64,000 bases of DNA from Candidatus Dojkabacteria bacterium (GCA_040006935.1 JBDTVZ010000001.1:423772-487771); one strand, 5' to 3'. Positions 1-9,737 are shown, numbered from the stretch's first letter. Translations and numbers: made by a program. Notes: generated by a model not told the origin, from the letters alone.

Positions 1-9
1 GCAGTCCTA

Positions 10-600
10 TTAGAAGAACTTATTCGGCAAACCTCCAAACATTTCATTTAAGAAATCATGCCTTGCTTGGAATGCTTTTTTAACTTCAGGTAAAACAATT
101 TTTCTGTCCCAGTCTTTTGCTAATTTAGCTCTGTTTCTTTGCATTAATTCTTCTACACTCAGATTTGAATTCTCATACCAGTGTAATGGGAAGAATGGTC
201 CAACCATATGCGAAGCAGCATCTGCAGAAGATACTATTTTCACTTCAATCGGAGCTGTAGAAAGGTCGTTAGACATTTTACTTTCGAAGATTTCAATATA
301 ATTCATTAATTTATCAATGAATGTTTTATCAAATCCAATTTCTTCCAAAACACTTGCTCCTTTCGCGATTGTATCTGGGTTATGTTCGTTATCGAAATCT
401 ATTACTTTTGCATAATCGTGCATCCAAACTAAGCCTAAAACTATATCTCTGTCTGCATCTTTATAGATATCACAAAGTTCTAAAGAGATTTGCTCAACAA
501 TATTTAAATGCCATTCGATAAACCATTTGTTATGAATAAATTTAGGATCGGAAGATAATTTAATTAATAAATTCTTTAAGCTTGTAAACTTCTCGTCCAT
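10..600 (-). CDS. HD-domain phosphohydrolase-like protein
   Basis: 196 aa; H...HD...D pattern (WHLNIVE, WMHDYAK, SADA). Confidence 0.7.
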   Translation of the reverse strand: MDEKFTSLKNLLIKLSSDPKFIHNKWFIEWHLNIVEQISLELCDIYKDADRDIVLGLVWMHDYAKVIDFDNEHNPDTIAKGASVLEEIGFDKTFIDKLMNYIEIFESKMSNDLSTAPIEVKIVSSADAASHMVGPFFPLHWYENSNLSVEELMQRNRAKLAKDWDRKIVLPEVKKAFQARHDFLNEMFGGLPNKFF

Positions 601-674
601 AGGATTAATTTAAAATTTATGCCAAATTATAATTTATTGAGAAGGAAATTAATAGATTTTTTATGACTTTACCA

Positions 675-714
675 CCTGTAATCTTGGTGTGGATGCTCCA
701 GTTTGGAAATGTTG
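675..714 (+). repeat. 40-bp imperfect direct repeat, copy 1 (CCTGTAATCTTGG-N6-TGCTCCAGYTTGRAAATGTTG)
   Basis: 33/40 identical to 1817-1856 by manual alignment. Confidence 0.8.
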
Positions 715-803
715 CACAATTATTTAGGATTTCAAGGTATTATCAACTATACAATTCCCTTAAAGAATAGATATAATAAATGAATAACTATTAAACAATT
801 ATT

Positions 804-1784
804 ATGAATGAAGGTCTTTTCAAACAATTAAACAAAGGGCATCTATTAAGAGATAAATCACATAAACCTACAAATGAAATAATAGATCGACTAAAAAATA
901 AGATTGATGCTTTAAAAGGTGATGCAGAACTTGAGGACATAGGCGCTGATGGACAACCAGTAGATTTAAATACTATTAATATTACAGACCCGAACGATAT
1001 CGCTGAGATCGATCACAATATTGAGGAATTAAGATATATTATGGAAGAGTTGCAGCGTTTTATTGAGAGTGGATCAAGAGAGAAGTTACTGAAATATTTT
1101 ACTGAAGATCAATTAGAAAATCCTGATTTCTTTAAAGAAGCCTTAGATCAAATAAATCAATTTTTAAGATTTAGCAATGAAGTAAGAGAATCTTTGCAAA
1201 ATAATGCCACCATGAGCTTGGGACGCGTATATTCTACTGTTCTAAACTTTCAATCCACCTTAGGCACGTTAACTAAAGATTCTCACGGAGATGAGTCTTT
1301 AATTAATGAAATTATTACAGGCAAAGACTACCTTAAAAATAGGAATGAGGTTAATGCTTTAACCGAAATAAAGAAAATTACTGAAGACATATCAAATTTT
1401 TCTGACAAGATATATGAAAAATTATTTTTAGGTATCAATCGTGAAAGCACAATAGTTGGTGAGGATACATATAATACTCTATTACCTTATATTCCTGGCT
1501 TAAAAGAAAGGGTTCAATTTATTTTAAACCTGACCTCGGAAGATTTAACTTTCTTAAATATTTCAGATAAAGAAAAAGAAGAAAGTTTAAATTCTATAAA
1601 AAGAGAAGCTGAGGTTGCTCTCGAATATATTGAAATAATAGAAAATCCTGAAAATAAACAAGATTTAATTTCTCAGAATAAGCATGCATCAACAATAAGA
1701 GGCCTTATGGTAATCACAAGTTCAAATGGATTAAAAGCTGGATTAGCCAATAGACTATATGCTTTAATTCTACGCGAAGAATAG
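804..1784 (+). CDS. hypothetical acidic, helical protein
   Basis: 326 aa open frame with ATG; no motif recognised. Confidence 0.7.
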   Translation: MNEGLFKQLNKGHLLRDKSHKPTNEIIDRLKNKIDALKGDAELEDIGADGQPVDLNTINITDPNDIAEIDHNIEELRYIMEELQRFIESGSREKLLKYFTEDQLENPDFFKEALDQINQFLRFSNEVRESLQNNATMSLGRVYSTVLNFQSTLGTLTKDSHGDESLINEIITGKDYLKNRNEVNALTEIKKITEDISNFSDKIYEKLFLGINRESTIVGEDTYNTLLPYIPGLKERVQFILNLTSEDLTFLNISDKEKEESLNSIKREAEVALEYIEIIENPENKQDLISQNKHASTIRGLMVITSSNGLKAGLANRLYALILREE

Positions 1785-1816
1785 TATAAGCGGATCGCCG
1801 TGTATCTTTGGGTCCC

Positions 1817-1856
1817 CCTGTAATCTTGGCGCTATTGCTCCAGCTTGAAAATGTTG
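1817..1856 (+). repeat. 40-bp imperfect direct repeat, copy 2
   Basis: matches 675-714. Confidence 0.8.
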
Positions 1857-1913
1857 TGCTAAGCTCCCAATAATATTAACAATTCGCTATAGTTAATGTA
1901 TAATAAACATACT

Positions 1914-2087
1914 ATGACAAAACAAAAAACTACTAGAAAAAAGAATCAAGAAAAACAAGCTCTTAAAACAGCTTTATTAAAAAATACTCCTAAACTTTCT
2001 AAAAAATCTCAAAAGGAAGTCAAATCTGCATTCAAAAAAGCTATCGTTCATTATGGAGAAGCACTTCGAAAACTCGGACAAACATAA
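1914..2087 (+). CDS. putative antitoxin of the adjacent Doc toxin
   Basis: small basic ORF 15 bp upstream of the toxin; C-terminus AIVHYGEALRKLG resembles Doc-antitoxin tails; ATG 1914 preferred because TATAAT lies at 1899-1904. Confidence 0.55.
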   Translation: MTKQKTTRKKNQEKQALKTALLKNTPKLSKKSQKEVKSAFKKAIVHYGEALRKLGQT

Positions 2088-2102
2088 TTAATCTTTAGAT
2101 AA

Positions 2103-2531
2103 ATGACAAAAAAAGTTTCACTAGATGAGGTCAAGAACCTTGCTTATGAATTTGCAATAAAGTATTTAGACTGGGATGAACCAATTCCAGAATTTGAAAC
2201 CAGATTTCCCGGAATCTTGGAAAGTTGTTTAGAGCAGCCATTTCAAAACGTATATGGGGAAGTGCTTTATAGGGGTGTTACTAAAAAAGCTTCTATGTTG
2301 TTCTACTTAATGATTAAAAATCACCCATTTAAAAATGGAAATAAACGTCTTGCGGTCTTGACAACTTTGCTTTTTCTCCATAAAAATAGCAGATGGCTAT
2401 ACGTTTCTAACCAGAGACTTTACGAACTTGCAGTTGAAGTTTCAAAAAGTGAAATGAAAGATAAAGAAAATGTAATAAATGCATTGAACGTCTTACTGGC
2501 TGAAAATATCAAAAATAAATTACCGGAATAA
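2103..2531 (+). CDS. doc: Fic/Doc family toxin (death-on-curing type)
   Basis: HPFKNGNKR motif (Doc-type K before R), 142 aa, LESCLEQPFQ segment. Confidence 0.85.
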   Translation: MTKKVSLDEVKNLAYEFAIKYLDWDEPIPEFETRFPGILESCLEQPFQNVYGEVLYRGVTKKASMLFYLMIKNHPFKNGNKRLAVLTTLLFLHKNSRWLYVSNQRLYELAVEVSKSEMKDKENVINALNVLLAENIKNKLPE

Positions 2532-2566
2532 TTTATAGTTAATCTCTGAGTTAGTATTCAGACTTT

Positions 2567-2575
2567 TGCTATAAT
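2567..2575 (+). promoter_or_regulatory. extended -10 promoter (TGcTATAAT)
   Basis: consensus match 7 nt upstream of ATG 2583. Confidence 0.6.
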
Positions 2576-2582
2576 TTCTCAT

Positions 2583-2708
2583 ATGACCAAACTCAAATTC
2601 CCAAAAATCACACTTCGAGGCTTATTCTTAGCACTGTTAGGTTTCCTAACTCTCGCTGGAATCGTCCTTACACCGCTATTAATGGTGGTTCAATATATTA
2701 AATTATGA
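2583..2708 (+). CDS. 41-aa single-pass membrane peptide, below ORF-track cut-off
   Basis: MTKLKFPKITLRGLFLALLGFLTLAGIVLTPLLMVVQYIKL; stop overlaps the recG start (ATGA). Confidence 0.65.
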   Translation: MTKLKFPKITLRGLFLALLGFLTLAGIVLTPLLMVVQYIKL

Positions 2709-4708
2709 ACTACAAACTTAGCGATAAAATTACCGTGCTTCCTCAAATCAGCACTCGTTATGCTACCAGCTTGGAGCGGCTTGGAATTGTTACTGTAAAA
2801 GATTTAATTACATATTTCCCCTATAAATATTTAGATACAAATCAAAAAAAATCCATTCAGGATTTACTTTTACATCCAGACGAGGAAGGAAAATATTTAG
2901 TTCAAGTTCGAATTAAAAATTTTAAAAACCAATATATTCGAGGAGGGAGAAGTATTCAAAATGGTTTAATTTACGATGAAAGTGGAGAAATGAAAGTATC
3001 ATGGTTTAATCAACCGTTCATGGTTAGAGTTTTAGCAAAAGATTCTGAATTCTTGTTTTATGGAAAGATAAAAGTGAAAGGAAAACACACAATTTTTTAC
3101 CCAACAATTTACGAAGAAGTACAAGAAGGAAAAGATTCTGTGCATTTAAGTAGATTAACTCCCGAATACAGATTAACAACTGGAATCTCAAAAAAATGGT
3201 TACGAAGTAGAATAAAGTTTTTAATGGACTATATTGATATTATTGACATCACAGATGAATTTTTAAAAGAAGGTTTATCAAAACATTCAAATAAGGATTT
3301 AATTAAAGATGTTCATTTTCCAGAAACAGCAAAAGATTTAGATAATGCAGTAAAAGATTTATCTTTACGTGAATTTACAAATTTACAATTAAAATTAGAA
3401 GCAAAACGAAAACAAGCCAAGAAGCAAAATGCACCAGCTGTAAAAAAAGGAGTCGATTTAAGGAACCTTGCAGATAAATTTATAGCTGAACTTCCATTTG
3501 TATTAACTCCAGACCAGAAAACAATCATTGATAATTTAATTGAAGAAATTGGGAAGAAGCCAATTAACGCACTTGTACAAGGAGATGTGGGTAGTGGAAA
3601 AACTATTATCGCAATAATTTTAAGTTATTTAATTTCGAAAATTGGTTACCAAAGTATTGTTCTTGCGCCTACAACAATTCTTGCAAAACAACATTTAGAA
3701 ACATTTAATAAATTTTTAAAAGGCAAAGCAAAAGTTCTACTTGTAGTCGGAACAACAAAAGAAACAGAAGACGCAGACATTCTGATTGGAACAACAGCAG
3801 TTTTAGCTAGAAAAGAAGGATTAGTAAAAAAACCTGGATTAGTAGTGGTGGACGAACAACATAAATTTGGAGTTAAACAAAGAGAAGAGCTTTTAGGAGA
3901 ATATCGAAGTTTGTTTAAAGAGAAATACTATCCCCACTTTATAAACATGACCGCAACTCCAATTCCCAGAACAATTGTACAATCACTATTTGGAGATTTG
4001 GAAGTTTACTCACTAAATTCGAAACCAAAAGGAAGATTACCAATTCGAAGCTTTTTAGTTCCAGACGAAAAGAAAGCAAGTGGATACGAATGGATAAAAA
4101 ACGAAGTAGCAAAAGGAGGGCAAGTATTTTGGGTTTGTCCATTAGTAGAGGAATCCGATAACTTACAACTTAAAGCAGCAAAAACAACATTTGAAGAATT
4201 GAAAGAATATTTTAAAGATTCTGAAGTGGAGCTAATCCATGGAAAACTTAAAGAAGATAAAAAGACAGAAGTTATGCAAAAGTTTAATGCAAATAAAATT
4301 CAAATTTTAGTAACAACATCTGTTATTGAAGTTGGAATTGACGTTCCAAATGCAAATATTATAGTAGTAGAATCCGCAGAAAGATTCGGACTTGCGCAAC
4401 TTCACCAGATGAGAGGTAGAGTAGGAAGAGGAGAAAAGCAAAGTTGGTGCTTTTTATTCACTTCCCCAGAAGTATCGGATTTAGCAACAGATAGATTAAA
4501 TTTCTTTTGTGGAAGTAATGATGGATTAAAAATCGCAGAATACGATTTATCTTTAAGAGGACCAGGAGAAGTTTACGGAACAAAACAATCTGGAATTCCA
4601 AATTTAAAAATCGCAAGTTTTAAAGATATGAATATTATTAAAGAGAGTAAAAAGACAGCGGAGGTTTTGTATAAGAAAGGGTATAGAGTAGTAGAGTTGT
4701 TTTCTTAA
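2705..4708 (+). CDS. recG: ATP-dependent DNA helicase RecG
   Basis: QGDVGSGKT, DEQHKFG, MTATPIPRT, QMRGRVGRG, RGPGE motifs. Confidence 0.97.
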   Translation: MNYKLSDKITVLPQISTRYATSLERLGIVTVKDLITYFPYKYLDTNQKKSIQDLLLHPDEEGKYLVQVRIKNFKNQYIRGGRSIQNGLIYDESGEMKVSWFNQPFMVRVLAKDSEFLFYGKIKVKGKHTIFYPTIYEEVQEGKDSVHLSRLTPEYRLTTGISKKWLRSRIKFLMDYIDIIDITDEFLKEGLSKHSNKDLIKDVHFPETAKDLDNAVKDLSLREFTNLQLKLEAKRKQAKKQNAPAVKKGVDLRNLADKFIAELPFVLTPDQKTIIDNLIEEIGKKPINALVQGDVGSGKTIIAIILSYLISKIGYQSIVLAPTTILAKQHLETFNKFLKGKAKVLLVVGTTKETEDADILIGTTAVLARKEGLVKKPGLVVVDEQHKFGVKQREELLGEYRSLFKEKYYPHFINMTATPIPRTIVQSLFGDLEVYSLNSKPKGRLPIRSFLVPDEKKASGYEWIKNEVAKGGQVFWVCPLVEESDNLQLKAAKTTFEELKEYFKDSEVELIHGKLKEDKKTEVMQKFNANKIQILVTTSVIEVGIDVPNANIIVVESAERFGLAQLHQMRGRVGRGEKQSWCFLFTSPEVSDLATDRLNFFCGSNDGLKIAEYDLSLRGPGEVYGTKQSGIPNLKIASFKDMNIIKESKKTAEVLYKKGYRVVELFS

Positions 4709-4718
4709 ATTCCTTTTT

Positions 4719-4879
4719 GTGTCATCTCGAGCGAAGTCGAGAGATCTTAAACCACCGTGGTAAAGATTTCTCGACTCGGCTAAAGCCTCCCTCGAAATGA
4801 CACAATTCCCTCTCCTTTTAAGGAGAGGGTTAGGGTGAGGTCATACCGCCGCAAAACCAGGCATTAGTTAGGGAGGTCC
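4719..4879. repeat. composite intergenic palindromic repeat (GTCAT...ATGAC hairpin + CCCTCTCC/GGAGAGGG hairpin + TACCGC...GGTCC module)
   Basis: 4804-4850 is identical over 47 bp to 40081-40127. Confidence 0.85.
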
Positions 4880-4895
4880 ATGATATAATCCCTTC

Positions 4896-5339
4896 ATGCA
4901 CAAACACATAATCGTCATTCTCGACAACATTAGATCCACCTTCAATGTTGGATCAATTTTACGAACCTCAGACGGAGCAGGAGTAACAAAACTATACCTT
5001 TGCGGAATAACACCTACCCCAGACCATCCTAAGATCAAAAAAACAGCATTAGGCGCAGAAGATTATGTTAAATGGGAACATCATAAAAATATTTTAGAAG
5101 TAATAAATAAATTAAGAAAAGAAGGGTATACAATAGTTTGTGTAGAACAGAGCGAGAAAGCAGTAGATTACAAAGAGTATGAGTATCCTAAAAAAGTTGC
5201 CTTTGTTTTTGGTAACGAGATTTCTGGAGTTTCAGAATATATAATGGAAGATTCGGATGCTATTATCGACATAGAAATGCATGGAAAGAAGAATTCATTA
5301 AATGTAGCGACGACAGTAGGAATAATCTTATATAAATAA
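4896..5339 (+). CDS. TrmH/SpoU family RNA methyltransferase
   Basis: NIRSTFNVGSILR, VFGNEISG, SLNVA SPOUT motifs. Confidence 0.92.
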   Translation: MHKHIIVILDNIRSTFNVGSILRTSDGAGVTKLYLCGITPTPDHPKIKKTALGAEDYVKWEHHKNILEVINKLRKEGYTIVCVEQSEKAVDYKEYEYPKKVAFVFGNEISGVSEYIMEDSDAIIDIEMHGKKNSLNVATTVGIILYK

Positions 5340-5447
5340 AACTCTAAGCACTAAATCCTAAACAAGGCTCAAAATTCAAATGTTTAAATATTTGTAATTT
5401 GAGAATTAGAATTTGTTTAGAGTTTAGTACTTAGAGTTTAGAAATTT
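5338..5447. repeat. AT-rich inverted repeat built from ~7-nt units (related copy 51976-52097)
   Basis: AAACTCTAAGCACTAAAT...GTTTAGTACTTAGAGTTT arms; shares AAACTCTAAGCACTAA with the 52 kb copy. Confidence 0.75.
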
Positions 5448-5452
5448 AAAAT

Positions 5453-6007
5453 ATGAAACAACAACCTCGAATCACAACAGGCACATTAAAAGGACGAAAA
5501 CTTAAAGTCCCAGAAAATGCACGCCCATTTACTGAGAGAGTAAAAATTACAATGTTTGATCTGATAAGTGAATTTATTAAAGATGCAAGAGTATTAGATT
5601 TATTTGCCGGCTCTGGAAACTTAGGAATCGAAGCCTTGAGTAGAGGAGCAAGTTACGTGCAATTTGTGGATAACGACGAAAAAGCGACTAAAATTATTCG
5701 AGAGAACCTTAAATCCAACGATCTGATGCTTTCATCCAGAGTAACAGCTCTTGATGTTTTTAGATTCTTGACTATAAATAAGGAAAAATTCGATATAATT
5801 TTCCTAGATCCACCTTTTACAATGGACTTTAAACTAAGGCTGGATGAATTAGTAAATTCATTATCAGTTGACGGAATCGCAGTTTTAAAACTTGAAGAAG
5901 GTAATGATAAATATAAGATTGAAGGATTAGAAGAAGTTTATACAAAGAAAGTTGGGACAAATGTACTGCACTTCTTTAAATTAAAAAATGAAGAAATTAA
6001 AGAATGA
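5453..6007 (+). CDS. rsmD: 16S rRNA m2G966 methyltransferase RsmD
   Basis: LDLFAGSGNLGIEALSRGA, IFLDPPF. Confidence 0.93.
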   Translation: MKQQPRITTGTLKGRKLKVPENARPFTERVKITMFDLISEFIKDARVLDLFAGSGNLGIEALSRGASYVQFVDNDEKATKIIRENLKSNDLMLSSRVTALDVFRFLTINKEKFDIIFLDPPFTMDFKLRLDELVNSLSVDGIAVLKLEEGNDKYKIEGLEEVYTKKVGTNVLHFFKLKNEEIKE

Positions 6008-6123
6008 AGGAATCGAATTAATAAATTAACCGCCAATCTCTTTATTCAGTTCATTTTTTCATTCCTTCATTTCTTCATTTATGTTAGAATACGTCAGTAT
6101 TTTAAGATTTTAAGTTTAATAAA

Positions 6124-6342
6124 ATGGCAGCAACACCAAAACACAGAAGATCAGCAAGCAAGGCAGGATCAACAAGAGCATCACAAAGATACGATGTTAC
6201 TCTAACTAAGTTCAAAAAAATGAAGAAAAAAGGTGGTAAAGGATTTGTTGTATCTAAAGAAACAGGTATGGCAGGACTTTCTCACAGAGTTTCTAAAGAA
6301 AATCCAACTTACAAAGGAGTAAAAGTTATCAATGAAAAATAA
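6124..6342 (+). CDS. rpmF: 50S ribosomal protein L32 (Cys-free type)
   Basis: MAATPKHRRS N-terminus, SHRV...YKG C-terminus, upstream of nusB-rnc. Confidence 0.8.
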   Translation: MAATPKHRRSASKAGSTRASQRYDVTLTKFKKMKKKGGKGFVVSKETGMAGLSHRVSKENPTYKGVKVINEK

Positions 6343-6802
6343 CTCAAAGCATCTAGATAAACACCTTTCCAGAGTTTTAGCTGTACAGTTTTTATACAGT
6401 AAGTTAATCACTGAGAGGGAAAATCTAGAAACAATAGCTTTTGAGCCAAACTCTCTTTTAGAAGAGATGGAGGTAAAAAAATACGATAATAATCTGTATT
6501 TAAGCATTGTAGAAGGAGCTATAGAATACCAGAAAGAGATTGATAGTATAGTGACAAAACTAGCCCCAGAATGGCCTCTAGCCGATATAAATCCAATTAG
6601 TTTGATAATTCTCCGAGTAGCAATCACTGAAGCTTTTATTAACCAAACAACACCTGCACCAATCGTTATAGACGAAGCTATTGAACTTAAAAAGGATATC
6701 AATCCTGACGAGACTTCTAGCTCATTTATTAATGGTGTACTTGGTGCTATTCTAAAAGATGAGAAGATTTTTAAACAATTATCAGAACTAAAAAAAGAAT
6801 AA
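6332..6802 (+). CDS. nusB: transcription antitermination factor NusB
   Basis: RVLAVQFLY, APEWPL, VIDEAIEL, FINGVLG. Confidence 0.93.
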   Translation: MKNNSKHLDKHLSRVLAVQFLYSKLITERENLETIAFEPNSLLEEMEVKKYDNNLYLSIVEGAIEYQKEIDSIVTKLAPEWPLADINPISLIILRVAITEAFINQTTPAPIVIDEAIELKKDINPDETSSSFINGVLGAILKDEKIFKQLSELKKE

Positions 6803-6806
6803 AGAA

Positions 6807-7520
6807 ATGGAGAAACTGGGAAAGCTGCATAAAATATTAGGATTCGAAGTGGATTTAGAGTTATTAAAAGTAGCTCTAACACACAGATCTTTTATAAATG
6901 AAGTAAAGAATAGAGCTTTAGAGCATAACGAGAGGCTTGAATTTTTAGGAGATGCTGTATTGGAACTTGTTGTAACTGAATTTCTCTTTAATAGTTTCAA
7001 AGACCTAAATGAAGGAGTTTTAACAAGCTTTAGAGCTGCATTAGTAAAGACAGAAAGCTTAGCCGAAGAAGCGAAAAGACTTGGGATTGGTGAATTCATT
7101 TTCATGAGTAAGGGAGAAGAGCAAAGTGGTGGAAGAGCAAGGCAATATATTCTCGCAAACACAATGGAAGCAATTGTTGGTTCAATACATTTATCACTTG
7201 GCTATAAAAGTGCAGAAGAATTTATTTTAAAGAATATCTGCTATAAATTAGCCTCGATAATTGAAGACAGGAAAGATATTGATGCTAAATCTAAATTGCA
7301 AGAACTAGCACAGGAAGCAACAAAATTTACTCCAAGATACGAACTTTTGACTTCAGTAGGTCCGGATCATAACAAGACTTTCGAAATGGAAGTATTTATC
7401 GATGTTCACAATTTTGGAAAAGGAAGCGGTAAGAGTAAACAAGAAGCTGAGCAAAATGCAGCACAAGATGCTATTAATAATTGGGATAAGTTAATAAAGA
7501 AGTATTTTAAGAAAAATTGA
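6807..7520 (+). CDS. rnc: ribonuclease III
   Basis: NERLEFLGDAVL signature plus dsRBD. Confidence 0.97.
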   Translation: MEKLGKLHKILGFEVDLELLKVALTHRSFINEVKNRALEHNERLEFLGDAVLELVVTEFLFNSFKDLNEGVLTSFRAALVKTESLAEEAKRLGIGEFIFMSKGEEQSGGRARQYILANTMEAIVGSIHLSLGYKSAEEFILKNICYKLASIIEDRKDIDAKSKLQELAQEATKFTPRYELLTSVGPDHNKTFEMEVFIDVHNFGKGSGKSKQEAEQNAAQDAINNWDKLIKKYFKKN

Positions 7521-7541
7521 TAGTAAAAACCTAATCAGGTA

Positions 7542-7646
7542 TGTTAAAATTGCTAGGTAATAAACAATCCCACCTCTAGGAAAGTTTTCTGTAATACGAA
7601 CTCAGAAGCGGATAACAGAAGTTTAATTTAATATTAATATAAAAAA
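7542..7646 (+). promoter_or_regulatory. extended -10 (TGtTAAAAT) and structured rpsP leader
   Basis: TTCTGTAATACG pairs with CGGATAACAGAA (10/12). Confidence 0.4.
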
Positions 7647-8003
7647 ATGGTTAAGATAAGATTAACAAGAACAGGAAGAAAAAATGAGCCATCCTATAGA
7701 GTGGTAATAACTCCTGCTAGAGAAAAAAGAGAAACTAGATTTATTGAGCTTATTGGTAATTATTCACCAAAAACAAAGCTATTTAATGTAAAAGAAGACA
7801 GAGTAAAATACTGGCTAAGTGTAGGTGCACAGCCAACAGAAACCGTAAAATTCCTACTTTCAAAGAAAGGACTTTATGAATATAAGCCAGCTAGAAAATT
7901 TCAAAGAAAACCAGGAAAGAAAACAGTAGAGAGAAGAGAGAAGAAAGCTAAAAAAGCAGCAGAACCCAAAGAAGAAAAGTCAGAAGAACCGAAGGCTGAA
8001 TAA
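7647..8003 (+). CDS. rpsP: 30S ribosomal protein S16
   Basis: MVKIRLTRTGRKNEPSYRVV, WLSVGAQPTETV. Confidence 0.97.
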   Translation: MVKIRLTRTGRKNEPSYRVVITPAREKRETRFIELIGNYSPKTKLFNVKEDRVKYWLSVGAQPTETVKFLLSKKGLYEYKPARKFQRKPGKKTVERREKKAKKAAEPKEEKSEEPKAE

Positions 8004-8026
8004 GTCATAAATAAGGATTAAATTAG

Positions 8027-8052
8027 AAAGACCCGGAAGCGGGTCTTTTTTT
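8027..8052 (+). terminator. intrinsic terminator after rpsP
   Basis: AAAGACCCG-GAAG-CGGGTCTTT then T-tract. Confidence 0.85.
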
Positions 8053-8063
8053 ATTCCCATGTT

Positions 8064-8372
8064 GGACCGCCCAAGATCTTAGTCTTGCTTTCGGGGCGGT
8101 AGAAATCCTCCGTCCAGCTAAAGCTGGCCACCTCCTTTAAAAAGGAGGACTTGAATTCTCCCTTTGTGAATGGAGTGGCACGACCTGCCTACGTGGTGCA
8201 GTCAGGCAGGAGTGCCGAGGGATTTTACCGTTGGACACTGCAATTTAACACCCCTTCGTCTCGCCCATGCTCGACTCTTCCCCTCTTATAATAAGAGGGG
8301 AAGAGCGAATCCGTTAAGGATGAAGGGGTGTTAATACCGCACAGAAACCACTTCTTAGTTCTTGTGCGGTCC
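8064..8372. mobile_element. MITE-like composite repeat bounded by inverted 38-bp modules
   Basis: 8064-8101 and 8335-8372 are inverted copies of GGACCGC-N25-GCGGTA; internal hairpins; 8096-8149 nearly identical to 49171-49224; no target-site duplication seen. Confidence 0.55.
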
Positions 8373-8386
8373 TTATTTAGCTTTGC

Positions 8387-9160
8387 CTATTGCTGTGTTT
8401 GGTTGGTAGTTTGAGCTTTTTGTTGTCGAAGTTCGATGTATGCTTTCATATCATCACTAATTTTTGCAGTTGCAGGAGCATTTAAATACAAATCCTTTAA
8501 ATCTTTTGCCTCTAAGAACTGATACTTAACTAAATCAATTTTCAAAGACCAATCTCCATTTGTTTGAGCTGATGGATCCTGTGTTAATGTGTCCGAATCT
8601 CTAACTGTAATTTCCATTTCTTTTACAATTACAAAATCATCAATTGTATTTAATGATGCAATGAAGCTTTTAATATTCTCAAATGGTCCAACAATTTCGA
8701 AAATAAAAGGAAGTTCCACTAGGTTTACATTTCCTGTTAAATTTTGTGTTGAGGAATCTGGATCTATCGTAGATTCGGAAAGTCTTTGTGAAATGATATT
8801 CAAACCATTTTGTGAAATTAAGTTCGAAATTTTATCTCTAAAACTTACGACTTGAGTATTCTGAGAAGTCGCAATATTATTCACAGTGTCCAAATTGCTT
8901 AAAATCGTATTTGAATCAGAATCTAAAGCTTTTACTTCTGATAGCTTTTGACTAAGTTGAGTAACGTTATCGTTGTTAGTAGAAATCTCATCTAGAACTG
9001 CAAATAGTTGATTTATTTTAGGTATAACAAACACTCCGATTATAGTTACAAAAACTATAATAGTAAAAATGGGGAGAATATAAAGCTTTAGAAATTTGGT
9101 TTGCTTCTTTCTTTTTAAATCCTTTTCCTTTTTTTGTTGGTCTAAGTCCTGAATTATCAT
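8387..9160 (-). CDS. PilO-like pilus alignment protein
   Basis: TM + coiled coil; GPFENIKSFIASL; position after pilM/pilN. Confidence 0.7.
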   Translation of the reverse strand: MIIQDLDQQKKEKDLKRKKQTKFLKLYILPIFTIIVFVTIIGVFVIPKINQLFAVLDEISTNNDNVTQLSQKLSEVKALDSDSNTILSNLDTVNNIATSQNTQVVSFRDKISNLISQNGLNIISQRLSESTIDPDSSTQNLTGNVNLVELPFIFEIVGPFENIKSFIASLNTIDDFVIVKEMEITVRDSDTLTQDPSAQTNGDWSLKIDLVKYQFLEAKDLKDLYLNAPATAKISDDMKAYIELRQQKAQTTNQTQQ

Positions 9161-9735
9161 TGTAATTTATTAATGTTAAATGCAACTACAATAGATAGTT
9201 TTGATGAATCATTTGAATCTATACTAATACTTCTTACAAATATATCTTTTACATTTGGTGTAGCTAATAGTAATTGATACAAATCACTAATTTTAGAAAA
9301 GTCCGAAATTGTTAATGTTAGTACAAATTCTCCAGTGATTTCCCTTTTGTAAGTAACTACATTTACATTTCCATTGTAAGTAGATTCTATTTTATCAGCG
9401 ATATCAATTAAATCTGTCAGTTTAATATCTTTCGCTAATAGTGGGTCGAGTGCTCTAGATTTAATAAAAAGTTCACCATTTTTTTGTTTGATTTCGTTGT
9501 AAGTTGAAATTTGGGAATTAAGAGTTCCTATTACAGTTTTAGTATTTGCAAGGGAGGGTTGAACAAGCACAACATCCAACATTGTAAGTGCAAAATAAAC
9601 AAATGCACCAAAAAATATTAATAAAACAGAGTATAAGATTGTATTATCTCTTTCTTCTAACTGTTTAATTTCCTCCTTAGTTTTAGGTGGAATTAAGTTA
9701 AATTTAAATATTTTTGTTTTATATTCTGAATTCAT
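9157..9735 (-). CDS. PilN-like protein
   Basis: FNLIP motif followed by a TM helix; follows pilM. Confidence 0.7.
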   Translation of the reverse strand: MNSEYKTKIFKFNLIPPKTKEEIKQLEERDNTILYSVLLIFFGAFVYFALTMLDVVLVQPSLANTKTVIGTLNSQISTYNEIKQKNGELFIKSRALDPLLAKDIKLTDLIDIADKIESTYNGNVNVVTYKREITGEFVLTLTISDFSKISDLYQLLLATPNVKDIFVRSISIDSNDSSKLSIVVAFNINKLQ

Positions 9736-9737
9736 AT

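Noticed and set aside
6202-6882. 226-aa antisense ORF and many other short shadow ORFs
   Set aside because: They lie opposite well-supported genes and have typical antisense composition
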